A program made the translations under genes and the position numbers. From assembly GCF_000143415.4 (NCBI RefSeq), contig NW_003314274.1, forward strand, positions 2,400,623 through 2,464,622: a DNA stretch of 64,000 nt, written 5' to 3'. Positions 10,031-21,054 of this stretch are shown here, piece after piece (the stretch's first letter is position 1; each line of letters starts with the position of its first letter). The stretch is from Selaginella moellendorffii. Lineage: Eukaryota > Plantae > Lycopodiophyta. The notes below the pieces were generated by a model. The model saw only the letters and a list, made by a program, of their open reading frames with translations, had not been told where the DNA came from and ran no database searches.

Positions 10031-10046
10031 CCCCTCACCTCCACCA
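10031..10046 (-). other. Primer-binding site, tRNA-Ala-like
   Basis: Minus strand TGGTGGAGGTGAGGGG starts 1 nt inside the 5' LTR; complementary to a tRNA 3' end of the form ...CACCUCCACCA, typical of tRNA-Ala. Confidence 0.7.
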
Positions 10047-10047
10047 A

Positions 10048-10220
10048 TGTGAGTGCATGGAATATGGAAAGGAAATACAGAAATGTGCATATCAATTAAC
10101 CCCAAAACCCTAGCTTATATACAGGAGCGAGTGGTCCGGATTGAAACCAATCCGACGGCTACCAAAATCCACTACGCTAATATTAGTATACGGCATCGTA
10201 GCCGTACACTTGGCCTCACA
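10048..10220 (-). repeat. 5' LTR (173 bp)
   Basis: Near-identical copy of 5212-5385. Confidence 0.97.
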
Positions 10221-10313
10221 ACATGAAATTATAAAAATAATTTCTAAATTTCTAAAAATAGATATAAATATTTTATAACTGGGTTATTCATTTATGCTTT
10301 AAATTATTATGGT

Positions 10314-10990
10314 AAGCCTCATACAGGCCTCAACAACACAGCCATCTCAACCATGTCAAACAGGAACTCAACGTCAGGATAGCTCTCACTATGGACCTTG
10401 TCGAAGCTCACTGTCCAGAATCAGTGTCTCACCTTTTTTAAGGCAATAGAGTGCGGATCCCAGCATTTCCATTTCCAGTGGAAGTCCAAGCTTCGCGAGG
10501 CCCATCCCAGCCAGAACAATCCAGGTGGCCATCCCTGGGAGCTTGTCTCCCTTGGACCTACGAAGCTCTGGCACCGTATCCTCGAGCTTGGCTTTCTCGT
10601 GTGCCCCTCCAAGTCACTGTTTGCTCCTCGGGATATCGAGTCACTTATGTCATCGACCTTGACACAGCCAGCTTCACCATCAACACATTCAAGAACACTG
10701 TGTCCTTCAACACGGAAAACAACCCACACAACTGGATGGCTACCACGAACGCCCCTCATCGCCTCTCTGTATCTCCTGTGAACCGGCAGCAGTGAAAACT
10801 TCGCGAGAAATCCGGGTGATGGAAACTTTGGAAATTACGCACAACAAGAGGGTTTGAGAGAACTCTACCACTGCACGATCAAACGGGAAATTCAAGAGAA
10901 TGGATAGGATGATCCTTGCGAGAGTCGACGATCCTTTTGCCGAGGAAGTCCAAGTAGGAGTCCAAATGATTGTAGCGGAAGCTTATGTGG
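10314..10990 (-). pseudogene. Truncated, frameshifted duplicate of the 5' part of the gene at 11781-13923
   Basis: Colinear DNA similarity to ~13124-13907, including the intron remnant. Retains VIDLDTASFTINT-like and WMATT-like segments. Has deletions, including loss of the first splice donor. Confidence 0.85.
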
Positions 10991-11780
10991 TGAAATTATG
11001 AAAATTAACAGTTCAAACTGTGGTTTATATTAAGCCCCTTTAGGTACTTCCCTAAAAACGGCTTGAGGCATCGGTGGATGGCTTGTGAATGGCCGTTGTG
11101 GCTCTTTGCGGCGCCTCGTCATGGAGCTGCTGAGGGGGTTTGCTCGCTGCAGGCATCGTCAAATTATGGTGGCCATCGTCATCGGCATCTGGATACACTG
11201 CAAGAGGGGAAGAAGCAAGGTGTGTGATGAGTGGCCATCATCCTGGCCGCAGTGGTGCCCGCAGCATTTTATTCCCTAGAGCAAAGTGGAGAATGCCTTG
11301 GAGCATCAAGTGAATGTCGGCAGAAAGAAGATCGCCAATGATCCTCGGATTCGCGAGCTCCTGCAGCAGGCGGCTGCCACCTTCAGCTCTTCTCGGTGGT
11401 GCTTGCCATGACTGGGGATCGGGAAACAAGGTCGCAGTGGATCCACTCTTTGCAGTGCAAGATCAGGAGGAAAACGTGGTGGTCCAGGAGGATCCTCTGT
11501 CCACGCGCAGCCAACTCTCCTCCATCGTCGTGACTCATTCTTCTCGACTGCTCATTTCGAATCGGACCAGCAGGCGAGAATATGGCCGCAAACGAGCTCC
11601 AGTGCCCCTATCAAAGGCAGACAAGGACTTTTGACACCGTGTTTGATCCTGGAGATGGCAAAGAAGCGGCTTTGCATCTCCATGATTTTATGCATCTGCT
11701 TCCGCTGTGGAGATGGAGAAGCAGATGCAGTTAAGAGATGGAGCCCCGCATCAAACCTTTTTAACACAGGTTAGTCTCTT

Positions 11781-13923
11781 CTAGGTCATGACCGGGCCAT
11801 TTCTCTTGGCAGCTCCCGGGCATGGTTCTCCGACGAGTGGACGAGCCGAGGTACGAGCCTTTTCGTTTCTTGGGTTAGATTTCCACAGGGATTTCCACCT
11901 GTGAGACATGGAACCTTGACGCGAAAGTCTATTTGTATAGATGCTACTCTTGAATTTGCAGGCAGCACAAGAAACAAATTGAAATGAAAACGATTTTTTA
12001 AAATTACCTCTCTTTTCCCAGCAAATGAAGCTGTACACTAATGGATTTGTATCACTGTAAGAGAGGCCTTTAATTCTGTTCAAATTGCAGACTTTCCATA
12101 CACTCCAGATTACGTTTGTGTCCACGAAAATCTTTTCCATACCTCATCCACAGGAAAAGATCGCCAATTCCAGTAACTTGGGCTTTGAGCCCTTGACTGC
12201 CTTCGAGGAGCCGGGCCGATAAAATACATGATTTCTCAACGATAGCATGATTCAGAAGAACAATTGAGCTTCCAATACTTCCTTGTACGCGGCAGTAACT
12301 CTCATCCAAGACATTGATCGGGAGCTCGATATGATTCATCCTGGTTTTCCAAAATCTTTTTACATAAGAAACATACAAAGATTGATCATACCTTGTCAAG
12401 TAGCTCAGCAAAAGTTTGAACCCAGGTTCAACAAGTTTTACTTCATCGTAGCCAAATTCCCAGTCATGAAATGTATGAGGCCTCTCTAAACGAATCAAGG
12501 GAGCTGGTTGGGAGCGAGCTATGGTTATCCTTTCTCCAATCCTCGCAACCTTTATAGTCATTACGTGAAGGACGCTCAAAGCGCACACGCAAATCTCCTC
12601 CACTCTCGGCTCCAAAGACTTGAAATGCTCCACAGCCATTGAGACAGCATTCTGGACCCCAGCGTCGTCGTTGAGCTGAATCGCAAGGAGAACTCTATGC
12701 TCTCCACCCTTGCTAATCATCCAGGGAGAAGCCAATCTTGCAGCGTTTTCAGTGTCTCAGCAGCGGTTCAGTCCGTCATCCAGAGGGAGATTTGAAGAGA
12801 AACAGCTTTCATACCATATACTATGAACTCGCTTCTTTGGCTCGCACGTAGTGAAGCTGATGTTCTCCCATTCAGCTAGCACCAATACATACTTGGCAAG
12901 CTCCACAAACGCTTGCATGTCCGGCTCCAAGAGAGGCAGCTCCATGAAGAACACGTAGTTTTGGCACACCATACCGTAGAAGACTAGAGCATGGAGCTTT
13001 GCATGGTCGGATGTAAGCGGCTCCTCCACGATCGCAGCTTGAGAGATCATAGAACCACTGTGAACGTTATGAGTTTTGCTGAGGGAAATCTCACGTATGA
13101 CGAAGGGATTGGAGCGCAAGTGAAAGCCTCATACAGCAGCCTCAACAACACTGCACTCTCAATCATCTTAAACAGGAACTCAACGTCAGGTTCGCTCTCG
13201 CTCTCACTGATCAACAAGCGACGGACCGTGTCGAAGCACTGATCAAGCGGGAGTAGAAGATGGCCGAGTATGATATTCCAAGCTTCATGACCACGGCTGC
13301 TCAGCTTTCGATTCATCGTCTCCTGCAGAACTCGGTCATCCCAGCCAGCAAGAGCGATCCATTCTGGGGGGTCGTACGTGCAAGCCATCCAGTTATGTGG
13401 TATGTTTTCCATGTTGGAGGACACAATGTTATCGCTCGTGTTGATGGTGAAGCTGGCCGTGTCAAGATCGATGACATAACTGTAGTGGACATAGGTTCTC
13501 CGAGGAGCAAATAGTAACATGAAACTGCACGGGAGAAAGCCGAGCTCAAGGATACGGTACCAGAGCTTTGAAGGTCCAAGGGAGACAAGATCCCAGGGAT
13601 TGCCCCAAGGATTCCCGCCTTGAAGTTCTCTCCGTATCTCCTGTGACCCGGCAGCAGTGCAAACTTGGTCCAGGAATTGGGGTGATGGAAACTCCACGTT
13701 CCCAAACTACAGATGGAAATTTACACACAGCAAGAGGGTGTCAGAGAACTCTCACCTGGAATACCACTGCACGATCAATCAAGAATTTCAAGAGCTGGAC
13801 AGAATGATCCTTCAGAGAGTCGACGATCATTTTACCGAGGACCTCCAAATTGGAGTCCATTTGATTGTAGATGCAGTAGTAGACACCTTTGTAGCGGAAG
13901 CTTATGTAACCGTGGGTGCCCAT
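11781..13923 (-). pseudogene. Fungal-type uncharacterised protein (MGTxGY..RYKG.YY..YN..DS family), probably disrupted
   Basis: Exon 1 13923-13756 (MGTHGYISFRYKGVYYCIYNQMDSNLEVLGK), 49-bp GT-AG intron 13707-13755, exon 2 with YSYVIDLDTASFTI, later LLAIQLNDDAGVQNAV...ALSVLHVMTIKV. Frame change near 13050-13100 and an in-frame TGA at 12757-12759. The 3' end is approximate. Confidence 0.6.
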
Positions 13924-13980
13924 GCGTTTGATAACGTCTGGCTAGCCCTAGGTGGCGATGAAAGAGGTTTATATTAAGCA

Positions 13981-15921
13981 TTAAGCAATGAGACCAAAGC
14001 TACTACTATCGCAAGATCTGGTGGTCTCTGTTCTTGCCAGCAACTTCTCAAGACCTCTTTCAGATCCTTGCCCGTCCTCCGGCGGCGGTGGCAAGTTGAG
14101 ATCCAGCTCCAGGTGTCTGCTGCTCCGCCTGGAATGATCTGGGCGACGATCACGATCGCAATTATCACCCGCAGTTGCCACCAACACCATCGGACTGTCG
14201 TTATCAGTCGTCGTTGTGGACGCTGAGACCCTGAGTACCTGATTGCTGTCAGCAGCAGGAGGAGGAGTGGCAGTACCCGGATTGTTGCTGTTGTTACTTC
14301 CCCCGACCCAATGGCAGCGCTTGTGGCCTCCCAGCGCTTGCCCGGTCGCGAACACTCGGTGACAAATCGAGCACTCGTGTCCTCCTGCCAGAGATCTGTT
14401 AGAGAGACTGGAGTCCCTGTACTGCTGCTCGTACTGGTGGTACCGGTTCTCCTCGTCCGGATCGTAGCAGTCATCGTCAAGAGTGGTCAGCGTCGTCGTT
14501 GCCTTGCTGCTGCTGCTACTGCTCGTCTTGATCGCAAAGCACCCCTTGACCTTCTTGTGGCTGGCGCGGTGGCCCCCGAGCGCCTGATGCGACTTAAAGA
14601 CACGCTTGCACGTCGCGCACGAGTACCTCCCTGGTGCTGTTGCGGACGCCGCCGAGGTAGCAGTAGTCCGGCAGGAGGAAGACTTTGCGCGCACCCAGTC
14701 CACTTCCTCGCCACCTTGATCATCGGGATCCGCCAGCAACTTTGGATCCAGCGGAGATCGATGGAGTCGAGCTCGCCGATGATGATCGTCGGCAGCCACT
14801 GACGCGCACGAGGATGCCCGCCTGATCGTCTCGGTGTCACCAGCCCCGCCGCCGCCGCCCGCGAGCATGACGAGACAATTGGCCATATCTTTCTCGTCCT
14901 TGATGTCAGCTGGAGCGGCAAGAACATGAGTCCGCCAGCGATTCTTCTGGCGTAACGAGCGGCGGCCGGATCTCCGTCCCGTCATTATCTTCTTGTTTCC
15001 AGGCGGGATCACTGGGCCTGATGCTGCTGCTGCCTTGCCTGTGATCGTCGTGGCGGCAGCCATCGCCATTGCTGCCGCGACGTACGTCGCCTCGATGCTG
15101 TCGCTGCTCTCAGGACCCTCCTCCTGATCGATGGCGTCGATCTTTCGCTTGGGATTCTTCGCCTTGTCGATCCAGCTCGAGGCGGCGGCGGCGGTGGCGA
15201 TCTTGTGGTCGCGATCGACAGCTCGCGGAGACGACGAGCCTGACGAATCGGAGGATTCTCCTCCTTGCCCTAAGATCATTGGAAATCTCCTGTGGCATCT
15301 CATGTGACCAGACAAGGCCTTACCGGATGGGAATTGCTTGCGGCATTCCAGGCATGCAAACGGCGGCGATGATCCTCCTCCCAGCTCCTGCGATGGACGA
15401 TCTTCTTCTTTCTTGATCGCCGGCGGCGGCCGCGGGAGATTGGCGTAACGATCTGGCGCTGGAGGATCGAGCTGCTCTTCCGATTTCGATTCCTCCACCA
15501 GGCGCAAGCTCCGGCCGCGCTTGGGATGGCTCCGCGGAGGAGAATCTCGCAGATTGGTTGGATGCATGACGCCGCCGCCGCCATCGATCATCGATCCGCC
15601 AAGAATGCCACGGATCCTATCCCGGCCACGGACTTCGTCCAGGAATCGCCCCAGGCCAAGATCGAGGCGGCAGTCCCTGGCCGAGATTCTTGCATGCCGC
15701 TGCTCGACCTGATCATTTCCATTCCAGGCCGTCGCCGCCGTCGCTACTTCACTCTTCCCTCGATCGTCGGAAATATCCTGCGAGAAGCCACCGATATTTC
15801 GACGATTCCCCGGCCGATCGGCCATGGCGAGCAATCCCAGCTCCTCGACGCGCTGCTGCCAAGATTTGAGGAAAGAAGGCGGAGGAGGAGAAGCGGCAGC
15901 GAAATCTTGCTGCGTCGCCAT
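13981..15921 (-). CDS. Three-finger C2H2 (QALGGH) zinc-finger repressor with EAR motif, DAZ1/ZAT3-like
   Basis: Fingers [51 protein letters not shown] and [22 protein letters not shown]; L-box DMANCLVML; EAR motif LELDLNLPP. First ATG at 15921; intronless. Confidence 0.9.
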   Translation of the reverse strand: MATQQDFAAASPPPPSFLKSWQQRVEELGLLAMADRPGNRRNIGGFSQDISDDRGKSEVATAATAWNGNDQVEQRHARISARDCRLDLGLGRFLDEVRGRDRIRGILGGSMIDGGGGVMHPTNLRDSPPRSHPKRGRSLRLVEESKSEEQLDPPAPDRYANLPRPPPAIKKEEDRPSQELGGGSSPPFACLECRKQFPSGKALSGHMRCHRRFPMILGQGGESSDSSGSSSPRAVDRDHKIATAAAASSWIDKAKNPKRKIDAIDQEEGPESSDSIEATYVAAAMAMAAATTITGKAAAASGPVIPPGNKKIMTGRRSGRRSLRQKNRWRTHVLAAPADIKDEKDMANCLVMLAGGGGGAGDTETIRRASSCASVAADDHHRRARLHRSPLDPKLLADPDDQGGEEVDWVRAKSSSCRTTATSAASATAPGRYSCATCKRVFKSHQALGGHRASHKKVKGCFAIKTSSSSSSKATTTLTTLDDDCYDPDEENRYHQYEQQYRDSSLSNRSLAGGHECSICHRVFATGQALGGHKRCHWVGGSNNSNNPGTATPPPAADSNQVLRVSASTTTTDNDSPMVLVATAGDNCDRDRRPDHSRRSSRHLELDLNLPPPPEDGQGSERGLEKLLARTETTRSCDSSSFGLIA

Positions 15922-16328
15922 TCCAGAGCATACATCAGTACATCGAGCTAATTTAATCTTTGGATCCCGGAAGAGAGCTAGGCGCGCTAAAGCGAGGAGC
16001 TCGAAAGAAAGAAGATCAAAAAAGAGCTTTAGGGAAGTGGAAGAAGGAGAAGGCAAAGAGCCATTTCTAAACGGCCCATACAGCCACCATCATAGTAGCT
16101 GCTTATAGCGTAGTGACAGTGGAGTGGCGTGGGTTAGTTAGTAAGTACAGTGTGCTCTAACTATTACTTAGTTAACACCCATCGCTTTCCTCTACTCCTC
16201 CCTCTCGCGAGCTCGCGTAAGGAAGTTGCTTTTCCACTTCACTAGTTAGCTAGAGTAGAGAAGCATATGCCATGTCATTGACTGGATCAAAGCCACATTA
16301 AATTAAAGCTAAAGGGGGTCTCTAAGCT

Positions 16329-16390
16329 AACCGCTGCGTTTAGGGCACAGAGGCCGAATATTCGAGAGCAAGAGGACAACCGCCACGTGT
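16329..16390. promoter_or_regulatory. AACCG MYB cores and G-box/ABRE in a divergent promoter
   Basis: TAACCGC at 16328-16334, AACCG at 16378-16382, CACGTG at 16384-16389 (GCCACGTGTC). Short motifs, chance occurrence possible. Confidence 0.35.
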
Positions 16391-16679
16391 CAGCTGCTGT
16401 TCACGCGTATTCATCTTGAATGTCTGGTTTGTCTCTCCGGCCATGGCGACTAGAAAGACGCGAGCCAGCGCGAATTGCAGGCGCTCTTTTAGCGATTAGC
16501 TCCTAGGGTTTATGGCGGCAGCGCGTCTCTCTCGCCCGCGCGCGCGGCGTGCCGCTGGCCATGCGAGAGGATCGAGGTGAGTGGCCGCGGCGGCAGCGAG
16601 CAGCAGAGAAATCGCGCTGCGCGTTTGGGATTTCGGGGCCGGATCGAGGCTAGGGTTTTAGAGATCTGGGAGCGGGAGG

Positions 16680-18003
16680 ATGGAAGCTCTCAATGGGAAT
16701 TTCTACGGCTTCACGGCCGACGATTACTACGAGCGCCTGGCGGCCGGGTCGGACAACATGTCCGTGGACAGCGTCGCCAGCCTCCACACGAGCAATGGCG
16801 GTGGATCCGTGACGATGACAGCGGCGGAGAGCAGCGTCGGCTCTAACGGGTCGAGCAGGACGATCCTGATGCACCCGGAGCTGGGGATCAAGCGGGGCAA
16901 CCGCAGCGTGACGGGCTCCTACAGTGTTGTCCACCCCAGCACCGTGGGCGCGCCGCCGCCCACGGACGAGGACGTGCTCACCAATGCGCTCATGGATGCG
17001 CGCTCGCCCACGGAGGGGCTCGAGGGCTACGACGACTGGACGCTGGATCTCCGGCGGCTGGCCATGGGCCACGCATTCGCGCAGGGCGCGTCGGGCCGGC
17101 TCTACAGGGGGACCTACGACGGCGAGGACGTGGCGGTGAAGATCCTGGAGCGGCCCAAGAACAACGCGGAGCGCGCGCAGGTGATGGAGCAGCAGTTCAC
17201 GCAGGAGGTCCGGATGCTGGCGGCGCTCAAGCACCAGAACGTGGTGCGATTCATCGGGGCGTGCCGGAAGCCGCTGGTGTGGTGCATCGTGACCGAGTAC
17301 GCCAAGGGCGGATCCGTGCGCTCGTTCTTGAGCAAGCGGAAGTCGAGGCCCGTGCCGCTCAAGCTGGCGGTGAAGCAGGCGCTGGACATCGCGCAGGGGA
17401 TGCAGTACCTCCACAACCTGGGATTCATCCACCGGGATCTCAAGTCGGACAACTTGCTCATCGCCACCGATAAGTCGATCAAGATTGCCGACTTTGGCGT
17501 GGCCAGGATCGAGGTCCAGACCGAGGGGATGACGCCCGAGACCGGGACGTATCGCTGGATGGCACCGTAAGCGCATTTCTCTCTTCGTTCTCTTCGCGTT
17601 TTCGTGTTCTTCCTCCATAGCTAGACTTCAAAGCCTCACTAACCGTTTCATTCATTGCAGAGAGATGATCCAGCACAGGCTTTACACACACAAGGTGGAC
17701 GTTTACAGCTTTGGCATTGTCCTGTGGGAGCTCATCACAGGATTGCTACCGTTCCAGAACATGACGGCCGTGCAGGCAGCGTTTGCGGTGGTGAACCGAG
17801 GATACAGGCCGGGCATCCCAGCCGACTGCCCGCCGGCGCTGGCCGAGATAATGAGCCGGTGCTGGGACGCAAACCCAGACTCGAGGCCGGGGTTCGCGCA
17901 GGTGGTCAAGATGCTCGAGGAAGCTCGGGCGGAGATCGTGCACTCGGTTGGCAAGGCCAGATTTCGCTGCGGCTGCATGGCTCGTCCCTTGACCAACGAT
18001 TGA
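16680..18003 (+). CDS. Raf-like MAPKKK / STY kinase (STY13/Raf22-28-like)
   Basis: [36 protein letters not shown], with intron 17567-17660. Confidence 0.93.
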
Positions 18004-18364
18004 GTGACAAGATCTCGCGAAGAACTGTGATGATAAGCAAAAGAGAAGAAGAAAAGAGTGAGAGCAGTGGAGTGAACGAAGAAAGAAAAACTGTCCGGGT
18101 TTTTGAGAGAAAGCATTGTATATTGTTGGTAATTTTACTAACTCTTCTCTTTGTGTACTCTCTCTGTGTATGTAAAATGGACATACTTCAGCTCGCGGCG
18201 AATGCGAGTGAGTTTGTCGCTTGATCCTGACAAGGTGATGCTTGAATCTGTGTTCGTTTGATCCATTCCAGAATTGGAGGGATGCACGCGCTGGAGCTCA
18301 CGAAGATCCTACACACACAACGGAACGGACTGGGTGTTTTAGTCAAGGTCATGGCCGTTGTTGC

Positions 18365-20157
18365 TTACTTGTTCTTGGCGACGTAAGACTTTAAAAGCGA
18401 GAGCTCCTTCTTGGCTATCGCTTCGGGCGAGAGGACCACCCGCGACTCGATCTTTACGTCGGCCGGCCTGGAGTAGTCATCCGTCAGGAAATCGAGGATC
18501 TTCTCCTGCGAAGTCATAACCGAAGATTGAGTGAGAGGCTTCCGAATCATTAAATGGGTGTGGAGAAAGAGGAGAGGAGCTCACTTACCAGTGGCTGTGA
18601 AGCGTCTATCCATTGGAAGAGAGGCTCGTTACGGAACCAGGTCAGCTGCCGCCGGGCATAATTCCTGGAAGGGCCACCTTTATCATAAGACTACGACCGC
18701 ATCAATGACTTCAAGACTACCTGGAAGCTTGCTGAAATGAAGAGAGAAATTTCAGGAAGTGTTCTTCGGATGACACACCGCCAGCGCATCGACATTCATT
18801 CAAGTACTCCATTGCCTGTACGATGATGACGGGTTAGGCGGTAAGAAACCGAGATTTTTTAGAGTTGATCGCGTCACCTGTCGATATCCAATGGCCCGGG
18901 ACGGCGGGCTTGAGCCTGGTTGGATTCGTAAGTCTAGCAGCCATGACGCCTCGGCCAGGATACCACGACCACTCTCGGCGTTTTCTATAGAGAAAACATG
19001 AAAAAAAAAAGAGAAAACACACGTCAGGCCAGCCATTTGATCATCATCTTGTTGTCATTACCAGCTGCCAGCATTTCTTCGCATCGCGCATCAATCGCCC
19101 TGTAAAGATCAATGCGGCGCCTGTAGAGAAAGTAGCACAGGAAATCGTAGTCCGTCTCTGGAGCGGTAACTGAAGCAGAGTTAATATCCTCCTTCACGTC
19201 GCTATTAGCTTCAGGTTTTTGTCCCAGAGAGAATCGTGTTCTTGGCTGTCCAGATGCCTGCAAACTCGACAAACGCTACCACGTACTAACTCCGCTCGAA
19301 ACTCTTTACCTTGATGATTGAGAGAGCTCTTCGGAGGCGATACCAGTCATTGCGAGTGAGGCTCTTGGCAGTCAAGACGTCCCCTGCTTTCTCCAGAATT
19401 TCAAGCGCTCCGTCCCAGTCACCCGCCTTTTGTAGAGCTGAAACTTCCGCATCAACTTGAGCAGTAATCTCCGGGCTCTCCTTTGGAGTACCCGGCTTAC
19501 CATTCAAGTACCTACGAAACAAAAACCATGGCGTTATAGCTCCACTCCTTGCTGAAATGGCAGAAAGGATCCTTACCAGCGCAGGTAGAGACCAGTACCG
19601 CCAACAACAATTGGAACTTGTCCCCTCGAAGTCACTTCGTAAGTAGCTCGCCTTGCATCATCGAAGAACGCTCCAGCCGTGTATTCTAAACTGTTACAAG
19701 TTGAGTCCTCTTTCCACGAACAAAGAAAACGAGAAAAAGGAATCCACTCACCATCCGTGGGATCCACAATGTCAAGCAGATGATGCGGCACGCCCTGGAC
19801 ACACCAGTGACACACAATTTCTTGCTGGAATCCAATAAACCTCTACAAACCTCTCGCTCTTCCAAGGGCGTCTTGGCGCTTCCAACATCCAGCCCTCGAT
19901 ACACCTGCATTCCATAGCCCCGTCCAACGATCGCTCCATCGGCCCTAGAAATGTCGGAAATCTATCGATACCTGGACAGAATCGGCGCTCACAATCTCGC
20001 CATTGAGCCGCTGCGCGAGCGCCAGCGCCAGGCGCGATTTTCCGACGGCAGTCGGGCCGGAGATGACGATCACGCGCCGCGCTCTCGTCTTGCTCGCGCC
20101 ACTAGAGCTCATTCTCCACAGCGCCAAGCCGCCACAATGGCATTCCCCACTACTCAT
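18365..20157 (-). CDS. IPT9: tRNA dimethylallyltransferase (MiaA-type tRNA-IPT, IPT9-like), multi-exon
   Basis: [11 protein letters not shown]-loop, EIVSADSVQ|[43 protein letters not shown]. Confidence 0.9.
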
Positions 20158-20250
20158 AAGAAAGAGGGTTTAGTTAAAAGCCTCCTTTTATTACTGTGGT
20201 TGTATCATATAAAGGATTTACTAGGGCCGGAAGAACCCTAATTCTTGGAA

Positions 20251-21054
20251 ATGTTGCGCGTCAAGTTTGGGCAGCGATCTAGGTACTTGTGCACCACGAT
20301 CGCCGCTGTTCAAGACGAGCATTCGCTACTGCCTCCTCGCTCGAGAGAATTCGAGGGTAGAGGCACTCTGGTACTCGACCTAGACGAGACTCTGGTTTAC
20401 ATCAAGTGTGAGCAAGGATGCCTCGTCAATTGCGAGTGTGGCGAGGGTGATGGCTTCTACGTTGCCAAGAGGCCCTGCGTTGACGACTTCTTGCAGCTGA
20501 TTGTTGCAAACTTTGAGGTGGTTTTATGGACGGCCTCTCCGCAGCCGTATGCCGAGGCTGCTCTGGGACTGCTGGATCCCGAGGGGCAGATTTTCGCGCA
20601 CAGGCTCTACAGGCAGCACTGCGTAGGGGGCGTGAAAGATTTGTCCCGGCTGGGGCGGGACTTGAGCATGGTGGTTGTGGTGGACGATCAAATCTCCAAC
20701 TTTCCCAGTGCGCTTCTGCACAACATGATTGCCATCAAGCGGTTTATCCGGGATGGAAGCGACGAGCAGGAGCAGGATGTCACACTTCAAAAGCTTGGGC
20801 AGTTGCCCACCAGGCTTCTGAGGGAGTCCCCATTGGACTTCGTGAAGTGGTTGGACGAATTCAGGGAGGAGGGGTTTTTCGATGCGATTAAAAGCATTGG
20901 GGAGAGAGCAATGCCGTGGTTGCCCTCTTGGAGAAGGGACAAGCTTCAAAGTGGTTTACCTTTTGTAGCTGAAGTTCAAATGCCCGTTTACGTGCCACTT
21001 CTCAGCGAAAAGTGCAATGAAGACTTCTTTAGGTTACACATGATTTTATTTTAG
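20251..21054 (+). CDS. NIF/FCP1-SCP-like HAD phosphatase domain protein, intronless
   Basis: TLVLDLDETLV catalytic motif, KRPCVDDFL, FEVVLWTAS, HRLYRQHC, KDLSRLGRDL, VVVDD. Confidence 0.88.
   Translation: MLRVKFGQRSRYLCTTIAAVQDEHSLLPPRSREFEGRGTLVLDLDETLVYIKCEQGCLVNCECGEGDGFYVAKRPCVDDFLQLIVANFEVVLWTASPQPYAEAALGLLDPEGQIFAHRLYRQHCVGGVKDLSRLGRDLSMVVVVDDQISNFPSALLHNMIAIKRFIRDGSDEQEQDVTLQKLGQLPTRLLRESPLDFVKWLDEFREEGFFDAIKSIGERAMPWLPSWRRDKLQSGLPFVAEVQMPVYVPLLSEKCNEDFFRLHMILF

Larger units (their letters stand above)
5212..10220 (-). mobile_element. Full-length Ty3/gypsy LTR retrotransposon, recent insertion
   Basis: Two LTRs, PBS, PPT, gag with a CCHC knuckle, pol in PR-RT-RH-IN order, ACAT target-site duplication (5208-5211 and 10221-10224). 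Confidence 0.97.

Noticed and set aside
10031-10046. tRNA gene
   Set aside because: Only a short stretch matching a tRNA 3' end (the PBS); no cloverleaf.
15922-16056. N-terminal extension of the zinc-finger ORF
   Set aside because: It begins at a TTG and reads like pyrimidine-rich 5' UTR; the first ATG is at 15921.
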